Source: Syncephalis fuscata S228 (lineage: Eukaryota; Fungi; Zoopagomycota). Taken from it: a DNA stretch of 64,000 bases. Positions 1 to 11,858 of this stretch are shown here, one piece after another. The stretch spans positions 248,001-312,000 of the forward strand of contig JAHLTZ010000001.1 in the NCBI GenBank assembly GCA_025786725.1, written 5' to 3'. The notes under the pieces are model-generated. The model was not told the origin of the DNA. It worked only from the letters and a program-made list of their open reading frames with translations, and ran no database searches. The position numbers and the translations under genes are program-made. Numbering within the stretch: the stretch's first letter is position 1; every line of letters starts with the position of its first letter.

Positions 1-654
1 GCACGAATATCGATGATCTTAAAGCAGATATGGATGAGGCGACCCAGACAGCCGAAACCATTCGAAGTGACATTAGTGAATTGAAGAATAGGTTAGTTGG
101 AAAAGATGTAATCTTTATTGAAGCTAATAGTGTATAATATTATTAGATATGCTCTTATTACTACAGAGGATCGATGTGCAATATGCCATAAACTAGCATT
201 GACACAACAATTCTATGTGTTCCCGTGTCAGCACATCTTCCATGTTCATTGTCTTGTTCAAGGTGTAAGTAATAAGAGAATTATATAAAATTATATTAAC
301 AACACTAACAATATTGCTATAGATCAGTAAATATGTACATAGTAAACGACGAAAGAAGATCCAAAAACTTTATAATGAAATTACACAAGACTATTCAGTT
401 ATGCATTCTGAATCAACGCCACGTAATTCATCGGCTCAACAGCACGATTTACAAAGAATAGCTCATAATAAGGTAACGCCTTTTATCAATGTCAATCTAA
501 TAAATACTAATCATTAATCTCTAACTCTACTAGGCCCAACTCGATGAACTAGTGGCCAAGGAATGCTTTTTATGCAATGACATGATGATTCGTAGTATTG
601 ATATCCATTCATTGATGAAAGCGAACGAGAGTTGGAAGATTCGTGGGCTTTATA
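1..654 (+). CDS. VPS18: Vps18/Pep3 HOPS/CORVET subunit, 3' exons (coiled coil + C-terminal RING-H2); 5' part outside the window
   Basis: Spliced translation gives IDDLKADMDEATQTAETIRSDISELKNR-YALITTEDRCAICH..QFYVFPCQHIFHVHCL..LDELVAKECFLCNDMMIRSID. The canonical ending PFIDESERELEDSWAL* needs one extra base near 605. Confidence 0.9.
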
Positions 655-694
655 ATTAATGGATTATTCATTATAAATAAGAAGCTACTTCACC

Positions 695-1282
695 TTGACT
701 CCCGCATTTTCTTAATACTTCAATACAATTAAACACTCATCCATCACTATAACATGTATAATATTACATCCAACATTAATTAATTTATGTATAATTAGCG
801 GTATAATAATGTAATTCATTAGTTATCTTTATTATGGTTTTGGTATATATACATTGTCATTTATTTAGTCAGATTGACTATAAGGAAGTGGCTGTTTAAT
901 AAATGACTTTTATAATAATTATATTAATATTGATCTTACATTACAAATATGCCCAGAATGCAATAGTAGAATATTAAAAGATAGAAGATATCATTTAGAT
1001 GCAAGAATCCACATTGTACGTAGATGCAATAACAACAAATGCAAAACGATATGGAATCGTGATCATATAATTTCTATTAATATTCAATTAATCTTTCTAT
1101 ATATGTCCAACAACAACAATGAACGGCCTCGAATGTTCCAAATAAATTAAATAGTATATTACATTGTTTATTTAAATCAATCCATTAATAGCATTTCAAT
1201 AAAAAGTAGTATAATTATGATGTGTATAGCAGCATGACTTTGATTGAAACGAATTGTGCTTTGGGACAGATGTGGGAGTCAA
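695..1282 (+). mobile_element. Fanzor relic 1: C-terminal zinc finger/RuvC-III fragment (935-1150) inside a putative TIR-bounded non-autonomous element
   Basis: 935-1150 translates LTLQICPECNSR..IHIVRRCNNNKCKTIWNRDHIISINIQLIF..ERPRMF*, the CxxC..CxxxxC-WNRD-NI-RP pattern of Fanzor1/TnpB. The ends ttgactcccgcat (695-707) and atgtgggagtcaa (1270-1282) form a 12/13 inverted repeat. Confidence 0.8.
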
Positions 1283-1401
1283 CCAATAGTAACAATACAA
1301 ATTGAATAATAGCAACAATAGCAAGATAATATAAATTATACATTGGTGGTAATAATAGATGCCTACCTTTTAATTATTGCGTTATTGATAGAAATATTAC
1401 T

Positions 1402-1512
1402 TTATTTACGCATCAACAAGTACACTGTCTCGCCAATCATAAGTTTTTGTAAATGACGATAATCTCCTTCTAAGCACAATAAGAGTCCACCAAATGAGAC
1501 ATAGACCGCACT

Positions 1513-1545
<33 letters not shown>

Positions 1546-2040
1546 ACATTAGTATAACGCATAGCAATATCAATATTACACCTTATTGACTCTTAGATAT
1601 GTACTTACACTCTTGTGCCTGTACCCTCATCGTATTTGAATACACGACCGTGCATTACATAGTCATAATTATCAGCAAGTGTTGGTTCCTTGCGTCGACT
1701 AAGATCACGCCACGATTCCTCTTTCTGTTCAACTTCATCGGCAGCCGACGTTTGCTGTTTCTCAAGTGATAGCGATGAGGCAAGAGCAAAAGCAAACTTG
1801 TCACCAATTTCCATTGGATATAGTTCGCTATTCACATCAAGTGTCATTTCCATATCGTAGTTTTCACTTCGGGCATGGATACGCGACACTAATACGTCAA
1901 CATATTGAGTGTTATTAGTATACTGCCATTCCATTCTTCACTGTCTATAACCACCTACCACGATCAAACTGCTTTCCATCGCGATCCATGTCTTTGACGT
2001 CAAAGACATCTGAAAAAAGAATATTTTCCTTGCCACTCAT
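1402..2040 (-). CDS. RPB8: RNA polymerase I/II/III shared subunit RPABC3 (3 exons)
   Basis: [84 protein letters not shown]. Confidence 0.96.
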
Positions 2041-2780
2041 TATAAATAAAAAACTTTAGATCAAGAAAAAAGTAAAAAAGTAAAAAATGAATTTTAAATC
2101 GATCCTTATTTATTATTTACGCCCATTAGTGATCATTATTATTACCGTGTTATATTGTAAATTTTTATATAGTTTCATCAAATTAATTGTGGTCTATTGT
2201 ACTTTGAGTCCCTATCCTTAAACTGAAGGATAAAAAGATCCATGGCTCAAACAATAAATCGTCGATTAGTTTTTATGCTGAAAAGTGGTTTGTTGAAGCG
2301 ACGCTATGTCAATTCCGTTTGAATCAATCAGTGTCAATTAATCAGCACTATTTTCAATATCGAAATAAATAAATAGTATTTGATGCTACTTACAATAAAA
2401 TATAATGCATAGATAAATGTTGATCCATATTATTATTGCTGTAAAGTATTGAAAACATTGTAATTTAGTGATTTAATATAACTCACCATCCAGTTTCATG
2501 TTTAGTAGAACAACAAACGTGTAGTTTAATCATGTAAAGGATGTTAGCTTTGATTTTTTGACGCTGAATTACACGAGTCTATTTATTAATTAATATATAA
2601 AAGGTATTATACGTTGACTCTCACATTTTTTATTTACTCATTTTACTCTTATTTTTCTATTGCTATCTTATTGCTCTATTCAGTAATATATTATCCAATA
2701 ATACCAAATATATCAATATAAATAATATGCGTATTTGAACATCAATAAAAAGCACTATTCAATCCCTAGTCTTTATTTCT

Positions 2781-3455
2781 TTATTTTACATCAACACCTG
2801 TTCAAGTAACCTCAACGGCATGCCGCATCTTCTGGTTACACCTGTTGCCACAAGATCTTCCTGATGAAGACACTCAGCTTAGCATTATTGCATACAATGA
2901 AGGCCATTTGCTTTATCAATGATCGGCAAATAATCTGCGCCTACCAAGTTGATACTAAGAATATTCAAAAAATGGTGAACATCAAAAATGCTAGTCGTCC
3001 TACCTTTTTGGCACCATAAACGAGTATCTCACATTGCAAATATGCCCAAATGCAACAGTAGAAGATTGGAAAATAGAAGAAATCATGCAGATATAATAAC
3101 CCATACTGTACGTAGTAACAACAACAACAATTGTGGAACAATATGGAGTCATAATCATATGGCTTTTATTAATATTCAATCAGTCTTTCTACACATGATC
3201 AACAGCAACAATGGTCAACTCTAAATGTCCCAAAGAAATCAAATAGTATGTTACATTGTTTATTTGAATGTTTAAAATAGCAGCTACTAATACAATGTTT
3301 TGTTATATTCAATCAATTCTATTTATGGAAATAATAATGCTATTACATTAATATTTATTGTGAATGGTAATTTAAACACAATTCAACTATTTGAATCATT
3401 ACAATTAATCGCATAAAATGATTTATTGCCCTAGGGAAGTCAAAGTAATGTCAAT
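2781..3455 (+). pseudogene. Fanzor relic 2 (RuvC-II region to C-terminus plus conserved 3' non-coding tail), frameshifted
   Basis: Across frameshifts it reads SIIAYNEG..SMIGK*SAPTKLI..TINEYLTLQICPxCNSRR..HTVR..CGTIWSHNHMAFINIQSVF. Homologous at DNA level to 935-1180 and 63520-64000. Confidence 0.82.
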
Positions 3456-3568
3456 CAGCTAGTTTGCTCATCATTATAATATAAACAATCGGCTTATAAC
3501 AATAAAGTTTATTAATGATTTAAAAGTGCACGGCAATACTATCGTTATGATTATAGTCATTGCAATTC

Positions 3569-4789
3569 TTATTCTTGCTTTTGCTGTTGCAATTGTTGTC
3601 GGATCATTTTCCGTGCATCTTTATGTGCCTTCTCTGTACGACCAACACGGCTTTGTGGCCCGAATGCTGGATCCATAATAAATCGCCAGATAACCATCCA
3701 CCACGAGGTGTGATAGGCGAGTGTGTCATAGTATTCAGGGGCAATGCGACGTACAGCTGGCAAACGAGACCATGGAATATGTGCAAAGTCATGGTGTTCG
3801 TTATGATAGCCAATGTTCATTAACACTTTGTTGCCGCTGCCATAGTACGAATAAGTTTCTTGGCCATCATTGAATGTATAGTGCTCTTGAATGAAGTGTG
3901 CTGCACCTGGATGCAACGAATAGCCCATCCATAGACTAAGGAATAGATAGAGAAGGCCACGCCAGCCGCAGAAATAGACCACTAGCGAATCGGTGCAAAT
4001 GGTCCAGGCCCAGTTGTACTTTTCCCATTCGGATAGTGCTTTGCCTTGAGCAGCACCACGAACGACGTACATCACAGGGTAGATAAGCACCCAAATGAAC
4101 TTTGTGATCATATTACCGCGGATCAAACGAACTTCCCAGTCCATTGGCAAATCCGGATCACGACCAAATACGCCTTGATACGTGTGGTGTTCGAGATGAT
4201 AGCGACGGAACGACATGGCAATAGGCACAGGAATGCCAATATTGGCCACCAATCCGCAGAAACGATTCATAAGTGGACTTGATGAGGCGAGATTGTGCGT
4301 GCATTCATGTAGAATAACACCATACAAAGCAGTTGCGGTACCGCCGATAACATAGCTAAATATAAGCATCGACACATTGTAGTCGACAAGGACACGTCCA
4401 AACAGAAAGGCGAAAAATGTTTGAATAAATGCTGCAAATAGAGCAACGTAAATCGTGCTAACATCATAACCGTAAAGGTGAACGAGTTCAGGATGGTCGT
4501 GTAAGATTTGGCGTTTGCGCTTAAAATGCGGCTCGTCAAGGTCATCTTCGGCAAAGTTGTCATCAACGTAGGGAACAGAGCGTTCCCAATCGCCAAGATA
4601 AAGTGGATAGCGACGGTCAAACGCAGGGATGGAATCTAAAGAGTCGCCAGAGGAAAGCGAGCTCATCGAGCTTGAAGGAGCTAGTTTGCCGTCCAGCGAC
4701 GTTAAAGACGGTACGCCAGTGGCAATGGCGGAACAGTCGCTGCCATTCGTCGCTGCATTCTCCTCGCTACGATTGAGTGGAGGAGACAT
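3569..4789 (-). CDS. DES1: Sphingolipid delta-4 desaturase / C4-hydroxylase (DEGS/DES1 family), intronless
   Basis: N-terminal EPHFKRKRQILHDHPE motif, histidine boxes HECTH, HLEHH, HNEHH, and QETYSYYG. Confidence 0.93.
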   Translation of the reverse strand: MSPPLNRSEENAATNGSDCSAIATGVPSLTSLDGKLAPSSSMSSLSSGDSLDSIPAFDRRYPLYLGDWERSVPYVDDNFAEDDLDEPHFKRKRQILHDHPELVHLYGYDVSTIYVALFAAFIQTFFAFLFGRVLVDYNVSMLIFSYVIGGTATALYGVILHECTHNLASSSPLMNRFCGLVANIGIPVPIAMSFRRYHLEHHTYQGVFGRDPDLPMDWEVRLIRGNMITKFIWVLIYPVMYVVRGAAQGKALSEWEKYNWAWTICTDSLVVYFCGWRGLLYLFLSLWMGYSLHPGAAHFIQEHYTFNDGQETYSYYGSGNKVLMNIGYHNEHHDFAHIPWSRLPAVRRIAPEYYDTLAYHTSWWMVIWRFIMDPAFGPQSRVGRTEKAHKDARKMIRQQLQQQKQE

Positions 4790-5543
4790 TAGTTGCTTGC
4801 TTTATACGTCGTTCAAATAGCCAGTACAGCGGTTGTTACTGTGTTAATAAGGTAGAGTATTAGTAAAGTAGTACACAACAATAACCATAAGATGACTGCG
4901 GCCTAGTAATAGCAGCGTTGCAGAACAGTGGTAAAAACGTAGAAGTGATGTATGTTTGCCTATTCTTAAGCCTGTAGCTACGCAAACACACGTACTTTCA
5001 ATAAGTCCGTGACAATAGAAGGAGAAACAGGAGAACAATAAAAGCAATACAAATTACTCTTAGTATAGAATGCAAATAGAAAGTGATGACTACTTAAAAG
5101 CCACCTTGTAGAAAGGAAAAAAGGGATATAAGCGACTAGCGCGTGCTCGAGGCGGATGGTTTTTACTTAATGGTTCATTATGGTTTGATTTGAGTCAAAT
5201 GATTTCACGTTTATCTGGTTTTTTCTTTTACTCAGCGCATGGTATTCTGAGTATTTGTCTCGGAAGACGGAATCATACGATAACCGATGCATTTACAACG
5301 CCTTAAAATAGAATGCATTCTCATAGGTTTTTACACTGTATGGTGAAATATAATTCATAGGACAATGGAGTACCAATCAAATAAAGACTTATTTGTTATA
5401 AATTGTTGATAAAATTGTCATGGTTATTAATTATTATATTATAGTTTAGTGATTAATTAACAATATGTATCGATAACAACAGTGTTGTAGTCTCTATGTT
5501 TTCCCGTTTATTTTCGACAACAATCGTTAAACAGATCAGTACT

Positions 5544-6274
5544 ATGCGTAAGTAATACCTAGATCATTATACTGATTAGAGTATTGTTTTAGTAAGATGA
5601 GTACTAATAGACTAAATACTAAATAGGCCCTATTGTACTTTCTGGTCCTTCTGGTGCAGGTAAAAGCACTATTTTGAAGCGACTTTTCGCTGAATACCCG
5701 GATCGATTCGGTTTTAGTGTATCTCGTAAGCGAACTAATAGGCTTTCAGTAATGATGTAGGCTATTTACTAATATGTATATGTATATGCAATATACAATA
5801 GATACAACTCGGTCAATGAGACCTGGTGAAGTTAATGGAAAAGATTATCATTTTGTTGCTCGTGACCATATGCTTTCAGAAGTAGAGGCGGGTAAATTTA
5901 TTGAAAGTGCTGAGTTTAGTGGCAATATGTATGGCACATCTATTGCATCGGTTGAGGCAGTTGCCGCCACTGGCCGTCAATGTATATTGGATATTGATTT
6001 ACAAGGTGTATTGTCAGTAAAGAAGACACCATTAAATGCACGCTATTTATTCTTGGCACCACCATCCATTGAAGAACTAGAGGCTCGTCTACGGTCTCGT
6101 GGCACTGAAACGGAAGAAAGTCTTGCTAAACGACTTGCCGCTGCACAGCGTGAAATGTCTTATGCACAAGAACATCCCGAGACCCATGACAGTATCGTTG
6201 TTAACGATAATCTGGATACAGCGTATGAAGCAGTACGTCAGTTTATTTTAGATGATGAAAGCAATGCTGCCTAA
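5544..6274 (+). CDS. GUK1: Guanylate kinase (3 exons; only 4 coding nt in exon 1)
   Basis: [17 protein letters not shown]-loop; [17 protein letters not shown]; FSGNMYGTS; ILDIDLQGV. Confidence 0.96.
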
Positions 6275-6357
6275 TTATAGTTGATGGCCGTAATCATTAA
6301 AGTGATGGAATAAATATGCGTAGATTAAGCTACAATTATCGAATGAACAAATGTTTA

Positions 6358-8224
6358 TTATTTATCGCTTGATTTGGCTTCATCTAATAGTAGATTTAGA
6401 TCTAATAGCACTTCACTTGTTTCCTTGGGACTAACAATCCAGGTGGTACAGCAGGCAGTTCGTGTAGAAAAGTCATTGCCGGTTGACAGGAACTATTTAT
6501 ATAATAGTCAATCATTTTTATACTTTATATAACTATTTGTTTAATTACCTGATCGCCTACATGTAGCGTGGTTGATGGTGTTGTGCCCAAATAGGCTTGT
6601 AATAACTGTACACCAATAAACTTGTTACCAATATCGACCCAGACATCTATTTAATATAAATGTTGATTGTATTAGTATGTATATTTATAGGTATATGTAT
6701 TGCATAGCGGCTATCTACTTACCGCTGCCACCATTGAATGCACAGAATGGCAATGGTGCTTGATCCTGAGATGGAGAGTGTTGGTATTTGAGCAAAGCAT
6801 GCTGTGTGCTTAGTGTGCATTCATCCTAATTGATAAATAGCTGGTTAATTGCTAAATTAGTATATATTTAATATATTTACCAGCTGTTCTCGTCGTATAA
6901 CAGCATTACCATTAGAGATAACACCAACAGCTCTTGGTTTACGTAGCACACGGGCTGGTAATCGCATATCGGACACACAGCGACGAAGGTTCTTTTCAGC
7001 CACATCAAGTAGTTGGTTGATATCATTATCTGACCATAGTCTAATACCTGTTGCTGGTCGGTAAATGTCCTCAGCAATGTAGCGTAAACGACATTCTGAA
7101 TTGCATTGGAACAAATAGTTACACTCGCCACCTATTATAAACGATACTATAAGTAATTTGGACCTGTATGCTTAACTATAAACTGATTACCAAGTACAAA
7201 GAAACGAGCTAGTCGTTCAGCACTTAATCCGGCCTCTTGGAAGCCTGCTAGTAGGCCAGAGAGTCGACTTTCATAGCCAGTGGCATCACCGCCATAACTG
7301 GCCGCTGTTACAATGGCTACACGTAGATCATGTTGCAACAAACTGACCAATTGATGTACCAGTTCACTATCCTTGGCAAAATCTTGACCATCAGCATCTT
7401 TATGTAAAGTTTTGTTAGTCTTAATATGTTATAGGAATTATTAAAGTTTACTTACACAGCGTCATATCACCATCACTAGCATAGTATAGTATGTTATGGT
7501 TACTAAATTATTAAATATAAAAAATACTACCTACAATGTAATCAATTGAAGCTCTGGTGCAATAGCATACAGCTGGGCTGTGTTAAGAATTCTATGATAC
7601 AGTGTAGATGTTGGTAATAGATTGGTAAATAAAAGCAATAACTTACCGTCGAATATCATTAAAGCTAGGTGGCACAAAGCGACGTGCAGCAATAGAGTGC
7701 TTGGCATCTTGGGCCAGAAAAGCTCGACGCAAAGGCAAGCTAGTAAAGAACGTGCCAATGGTCGGTACAATACGATAGAGACGCGAATGCTCTCTTAGAC
7801 CGGCTGCCTCCATTCTACGATGTTCCTGCAAGTAGCAAATGAGTTAACACTACGTATGGCTACTTTATTTTTCTGTTGTTTGAGCCTACCTCGATAAGTA
7901 CTTCAACATTGCTCATAATTTCGGCATAGCGTGCTACATTAGTCTCTCGGCATCACTAAGACGGCGTTGACGGGTTGTAGTAGCAGTCGGGCTAACAGTA
8001 AGGCTTCCATCAGATGACAGTAATGCCGTGGACACAAAACCCGTTCCCTCTCCGCCTTCAAGACTGCTTACTACTTGATTGTCCTGGTCGGCCAATGATC
8101 CAGGAATGGCATGTGGTTTGATGTGAAGAACAAAAGGTGTAAGCATCATACTCTTGATGAATTCAATCAAGGCATCGCGCTTATGTGCGCGCAATTGGTA
8201 GTTGATGCGATAAACAGACGTCAT
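6358..8224 (-). CDS. ISN1: IMP-specific 5'-nucleotidase (HAD family), multi-exon
   Basis: MTSVYRINYQLRAHKRDALIEFIK; ARRFVPPSFNDIR; spliced ITFDGDMTLY with DGDMTL on a 20-nt microexon (7456-7475); PFCAFNGGS; LHVGDQF. Confidence 0.94.
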
Positions 8225-8824
8225 TGTAGCTGATTGGATAACAGGAAGAGTTGGAAAGTACAAAGAATAACTGGAAACGAAAATGAATGAAAAGTGACCC
8301 TTTTTTAAAGACCGAAAGAGTGTAATTAATTGCTGCACTCTATTTTCTTTTTTTTCTATCATGCAATGCATCTTTATTATTTCATATTGTTAAATTACAT
8401 TAATCACGTGCAAATGTTCAATATTATATTTTACTATTTATTTTATAAATTAAAAGTAATTGCTAATATGAAATAATAATTACGATTTATTTGTAAAATA
8501 TTTTTAATCAGATCGATTTAGTGCATGTGTATCACAAAAATGTGAGCTTTATTTATCTATTTATATAATTAATAATTTTGTTTGATTTAAATAAATTATA
8601 TTGCATATTTAAGTATGGTGTTAATATTATAAAACAATGTTATTTTACTTATTAGACTAGAGCTTAATGTGTTATTTTTAACGATATACAAGTGCTATCA
8701 ACACCAAATGTAATATTATTTAATGCTTTACATTTATATTAATTAATTCATTAGCTGAATAATTTCAAAGCACATGCATTTTATTTAATATTTATGTGGA
8801 TGGCATCATAAATCCAATAAGTAA

Positions 8825-10033
8825 TTATTCACAAACACCTTGCCATTGTCCTTCAGGAATGGCACAAGTTGAATAGCTACACAAAGTCAAATCGTTATTG
8901 CAGGATTCACCTCTTTTGCGTAGGTCAAGGCATACACGTTGAGAACCATTGGCAGGCTTAGCACAGATACGATGATTTAGACAGGTGCGATCTGTGTCGT
9001 TACAAGTATCACCGAGGCCAACTGAGCCTGAGCTACGTTCATACTCATAGTTGGACTTTGTAGATCGGCGGTAAACGTTGTTTTTCTTTTTCTTAACAAG
9101 AGTACAAACACCGTTTTCCTGGCCTGGTGGCACAACACAAGTACTGCCGCCGGTACAGAAATACTGGCTAAGATTGCATAGTTCACCTGGTGCGCTTGGT
9201 GCCATGCAAATCATTGGTCGACCTTCAGATGGACTACGGCATACGTAAGGACTGCCGCAAACACGAGTTACGCCATCACAGGTATCAGCGAATCCAACAG
9301 TTTCTTGGCTAGGTGGAGGAGAAGTGCTAGTTGGAGGCGGTGTAGTTGGAGGTTGTGTAGTTGGAGGCTGTGTCGTTGGAGGCTGCGTAGTTGGTGGTCG
9401 TGTAGTTGGAGGTTGTGTCGTTGGAGGTGTAGTAGTTGGGGGAGGCACAGGAGGCGTTGTTGGAGGCTGCGTAGTTGGTGGTCGTGTAGTTGGAGGTTGT
9501 GTCGTTGGAGGCTGCGTAGTTGGGGGAGGTACAGGAGGCGTCGTTGGATTAGGTGAAGTAGTCGGTGGAGGGCGAGATGCTGACGGAGACGCCGTTGGAA
9601 CAGGTGGGCGAGATGTTGGAGGTGTTGGCCCAGAATATTTGTCATTAGGTGGGTATTTAGGTGAATTGGGAGTGCCATTATACACTGGAACTGGCGCTTT
9701 ACCATATTGTGAACCATTAGACGGATTTTGGTTATAGAACGGGTTATTATTACTACTACCGTATGGATCATAGTATGGCTTATTGCTATTACTATCATCA
9801 TATGGATCGTAGTTATCGTTATTATGGCCATACGGGTCATTGTACTGATTATTGCCACCATGAGAGTCATGATGCTGATTATGGTATGGGTCATAATAAT
9901 TATTCGATCCAGCCTCAGAATTAACTTTGCTATTTACTTCAATTTGATCGCCGCTAATAATAGCAGGAGCAAATATCAGTATGGCAAAAGCCATAATGCC
10001 AATGGTTGATTTGATGGAAATATTGCTATACAT
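8825..10033 (-). CDS. Secreted Pro/Thr-rich protein with YDPY repeats and four small 4-Cys modules
   Basis: Intronless 402-aa ORF with hydrophobic N-terminus, PPTT(Q/R) pentapeptide array and duplicated Cys-rich C-terminal modules. Confidence 0.85.
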   Translation of the reverse strand: MYSNISIKSTIGIMAFAILIFAPAIISGDQIEVNSKVNSEAGSNNYYDPYHNQHHDSHGGNNQYNDPYGHNNDNYDPYDDSNSNKPYYDPYGSSNNNPFYNQNPSNGSQYGKAPVPVYNGTPNSPKYPPNDKYSGPTPPTSRPPVPTASPSASRPPPTTSPNPTTPPVPPPTTQPPTTQPPTTRPPTTQPPTTPPVPPPTTTPPTTQPPTTRPPTTQPPTTQPPTTQPPTTPPPTSTSPPPSQETVGFADTCDGVTRVCGSPYVCRSPSEGRPMICMAPSAPGELCNLSQYFCTGGSTCVVPPGQENGVCTLVKKKKNNVYRRSTKSNYEYERSSGSVGLGDTCNDTDRTCLNHRICAKPANGSQRVCLDLRKRGESCNNDLTLCSYSTCAIPEGQWQGVCE

Positions 10034-11158
10034 GATTGTTATTTTTTTTGTTATTATGACTCAATTATATGCCAAATATAAACAAGTAGTTGAATTGAAT
10101 TAAAATAATATGTTTGTAATGCGTGCGTGTGTGATATGTGCCTCTGCCGCTTTGATATTAACAATTGACAATGTGTGCTATGAAATGCGAGCGCTAATTG
10201 AAATACGATTAAATGATGAATGTGAATGAATGAATGAAGGGATGTTGGATGCTTTGAATGCTGATGTGGATGATGATGAATAAAACCTGGAATTGACTGT
10301 ATCATTGCCGTTTACTTATACTCGTTTATCGGCAGTTATCTGGTCTATATTGTGTTAATGCAACAAAGATGTCGTTGGTAACTAAGTCTTGTGTCAATGC
10401 AAATTAAAAAAGTGCAAATAATGTGCACAGCCAACAACTATACAGAAATGATTAAATCTCCGACTCATTAATGAACGATAATAATAAATTCAACACATTA
10501 CTCGATAATAATTTATGGTAGCCAATTAATGATGTTTTGTCAATAAAGACAAGACTAATGATAGTGTAAAATTAATATAATAAATCCAATCCAATCTAAT
10601 TAATTGCTTATGATTATGATAATAATCATTGATATGATACACTTTGGTAATTATTTTCATTAGATACAGATTGGCTTGGAATATTTTTATTGTGTATGGA
10701 GAGGCATGTGATATAAGATCAAGGCATGGCGCAAGATAATACCCACTGAACGGGTAAAAGTCTTTTTTTTGCCCTAACCAATACAGTGGGTACGCTATGA
10801 TCCTACTAGATTCTCGGTTATAATGGTGCTAATGTATTATGACGGCTGTCATGTTACCATGAGATATTGAACGTTGTGAATTGCAAAACCTTATTACCGT
10901 TTGTATTTATCGTGGTTGTCAAACGATGACGACGGTCATTTATTCGTACATTTGTATCTGTTACCGTTTAAATTAAATATATTAATTAACATTTCTATTG
11001 TATGCTATCTTTATACACAAAATACACATCACATACCATCTTTATTTTAAAATAATTTTTAAAAGATTAATTTAGTATTTAATGATTATAGTTACAAGCA
11101 TATTATTTTTATATGATTATAATTACAAGCATTAACCACTAAATCAATAATTATTTTT

Positions 11159-11858
11159 ATTTTATTCGTTTAGGTCTTGATGATACTAAAGTATCAGCTT
11201 CTTTTGATGTCATAACCGCTATCTCTTCTTTAATTTGGGGTGATGCAGGCCTTTTAGATTTGGTGGTTATTACCACAGTTGACGCCTTTGCAAGTTTGAT
11301 TTGTTTAACACTATGCGGCTGTTGCAGTGCAAGTACAACAGCACTAGTACGACCGCCTGCTATTACAATCAAATAAGCTTTGTACATATAAACATTACCA
11401 AGTACCTACCGTTTCAAATGTAATTGGATGGCCCTCAGTGGTCACTGGTCCGCGGTGACCGTTATTACTTGCCTCGTCGTCTGTATCTTGTTGTTTATTA
11501 CCTAGTATTTTATATTAGCAATGCAATAATGTATAGTATTTATTATAATAGTATATCAGCTCATTAATACTTACGTTTTTCACGTCCTTTTCCCCAACGT
11601 CTATGGAAAAGCCAATCAGCAGGAAATTGTTTAGAGTCTGCATTGACGGCACAGGCTTGTTTGCATATCGCATGCACTTGTTCATGCAATTGATCAACTT
11701 CCTTGTTAGTTAGTAATTAGCCGGCCGTCCTGGATGGATTCTACTTTGGTATAGCACCTCTAGTAGCTGAGTGTTATCCAAGTGTTATACCATTAAGAAT
11801 AATAATTACCATCAGCAATCCAATTGCCTACACCTGCTGAAAAATGTTGGTCAAGTAA
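11159..11858 (-). pseudogene. Stranded duplicate of the 3' ~700 bp (exons and introns) of the Fpg/MutM gene
   Basis: Near-identical to 17708-18409 apart from two 1-bp deletions seen; ends RPKRIK* (stop at 11157). Confidence 0.92.

Noticed and set aside
9268-10009. Alternative-frame and antisense ORFs over the secreted protein
   Set aside because: Shadows of the PPTT repeat codons.
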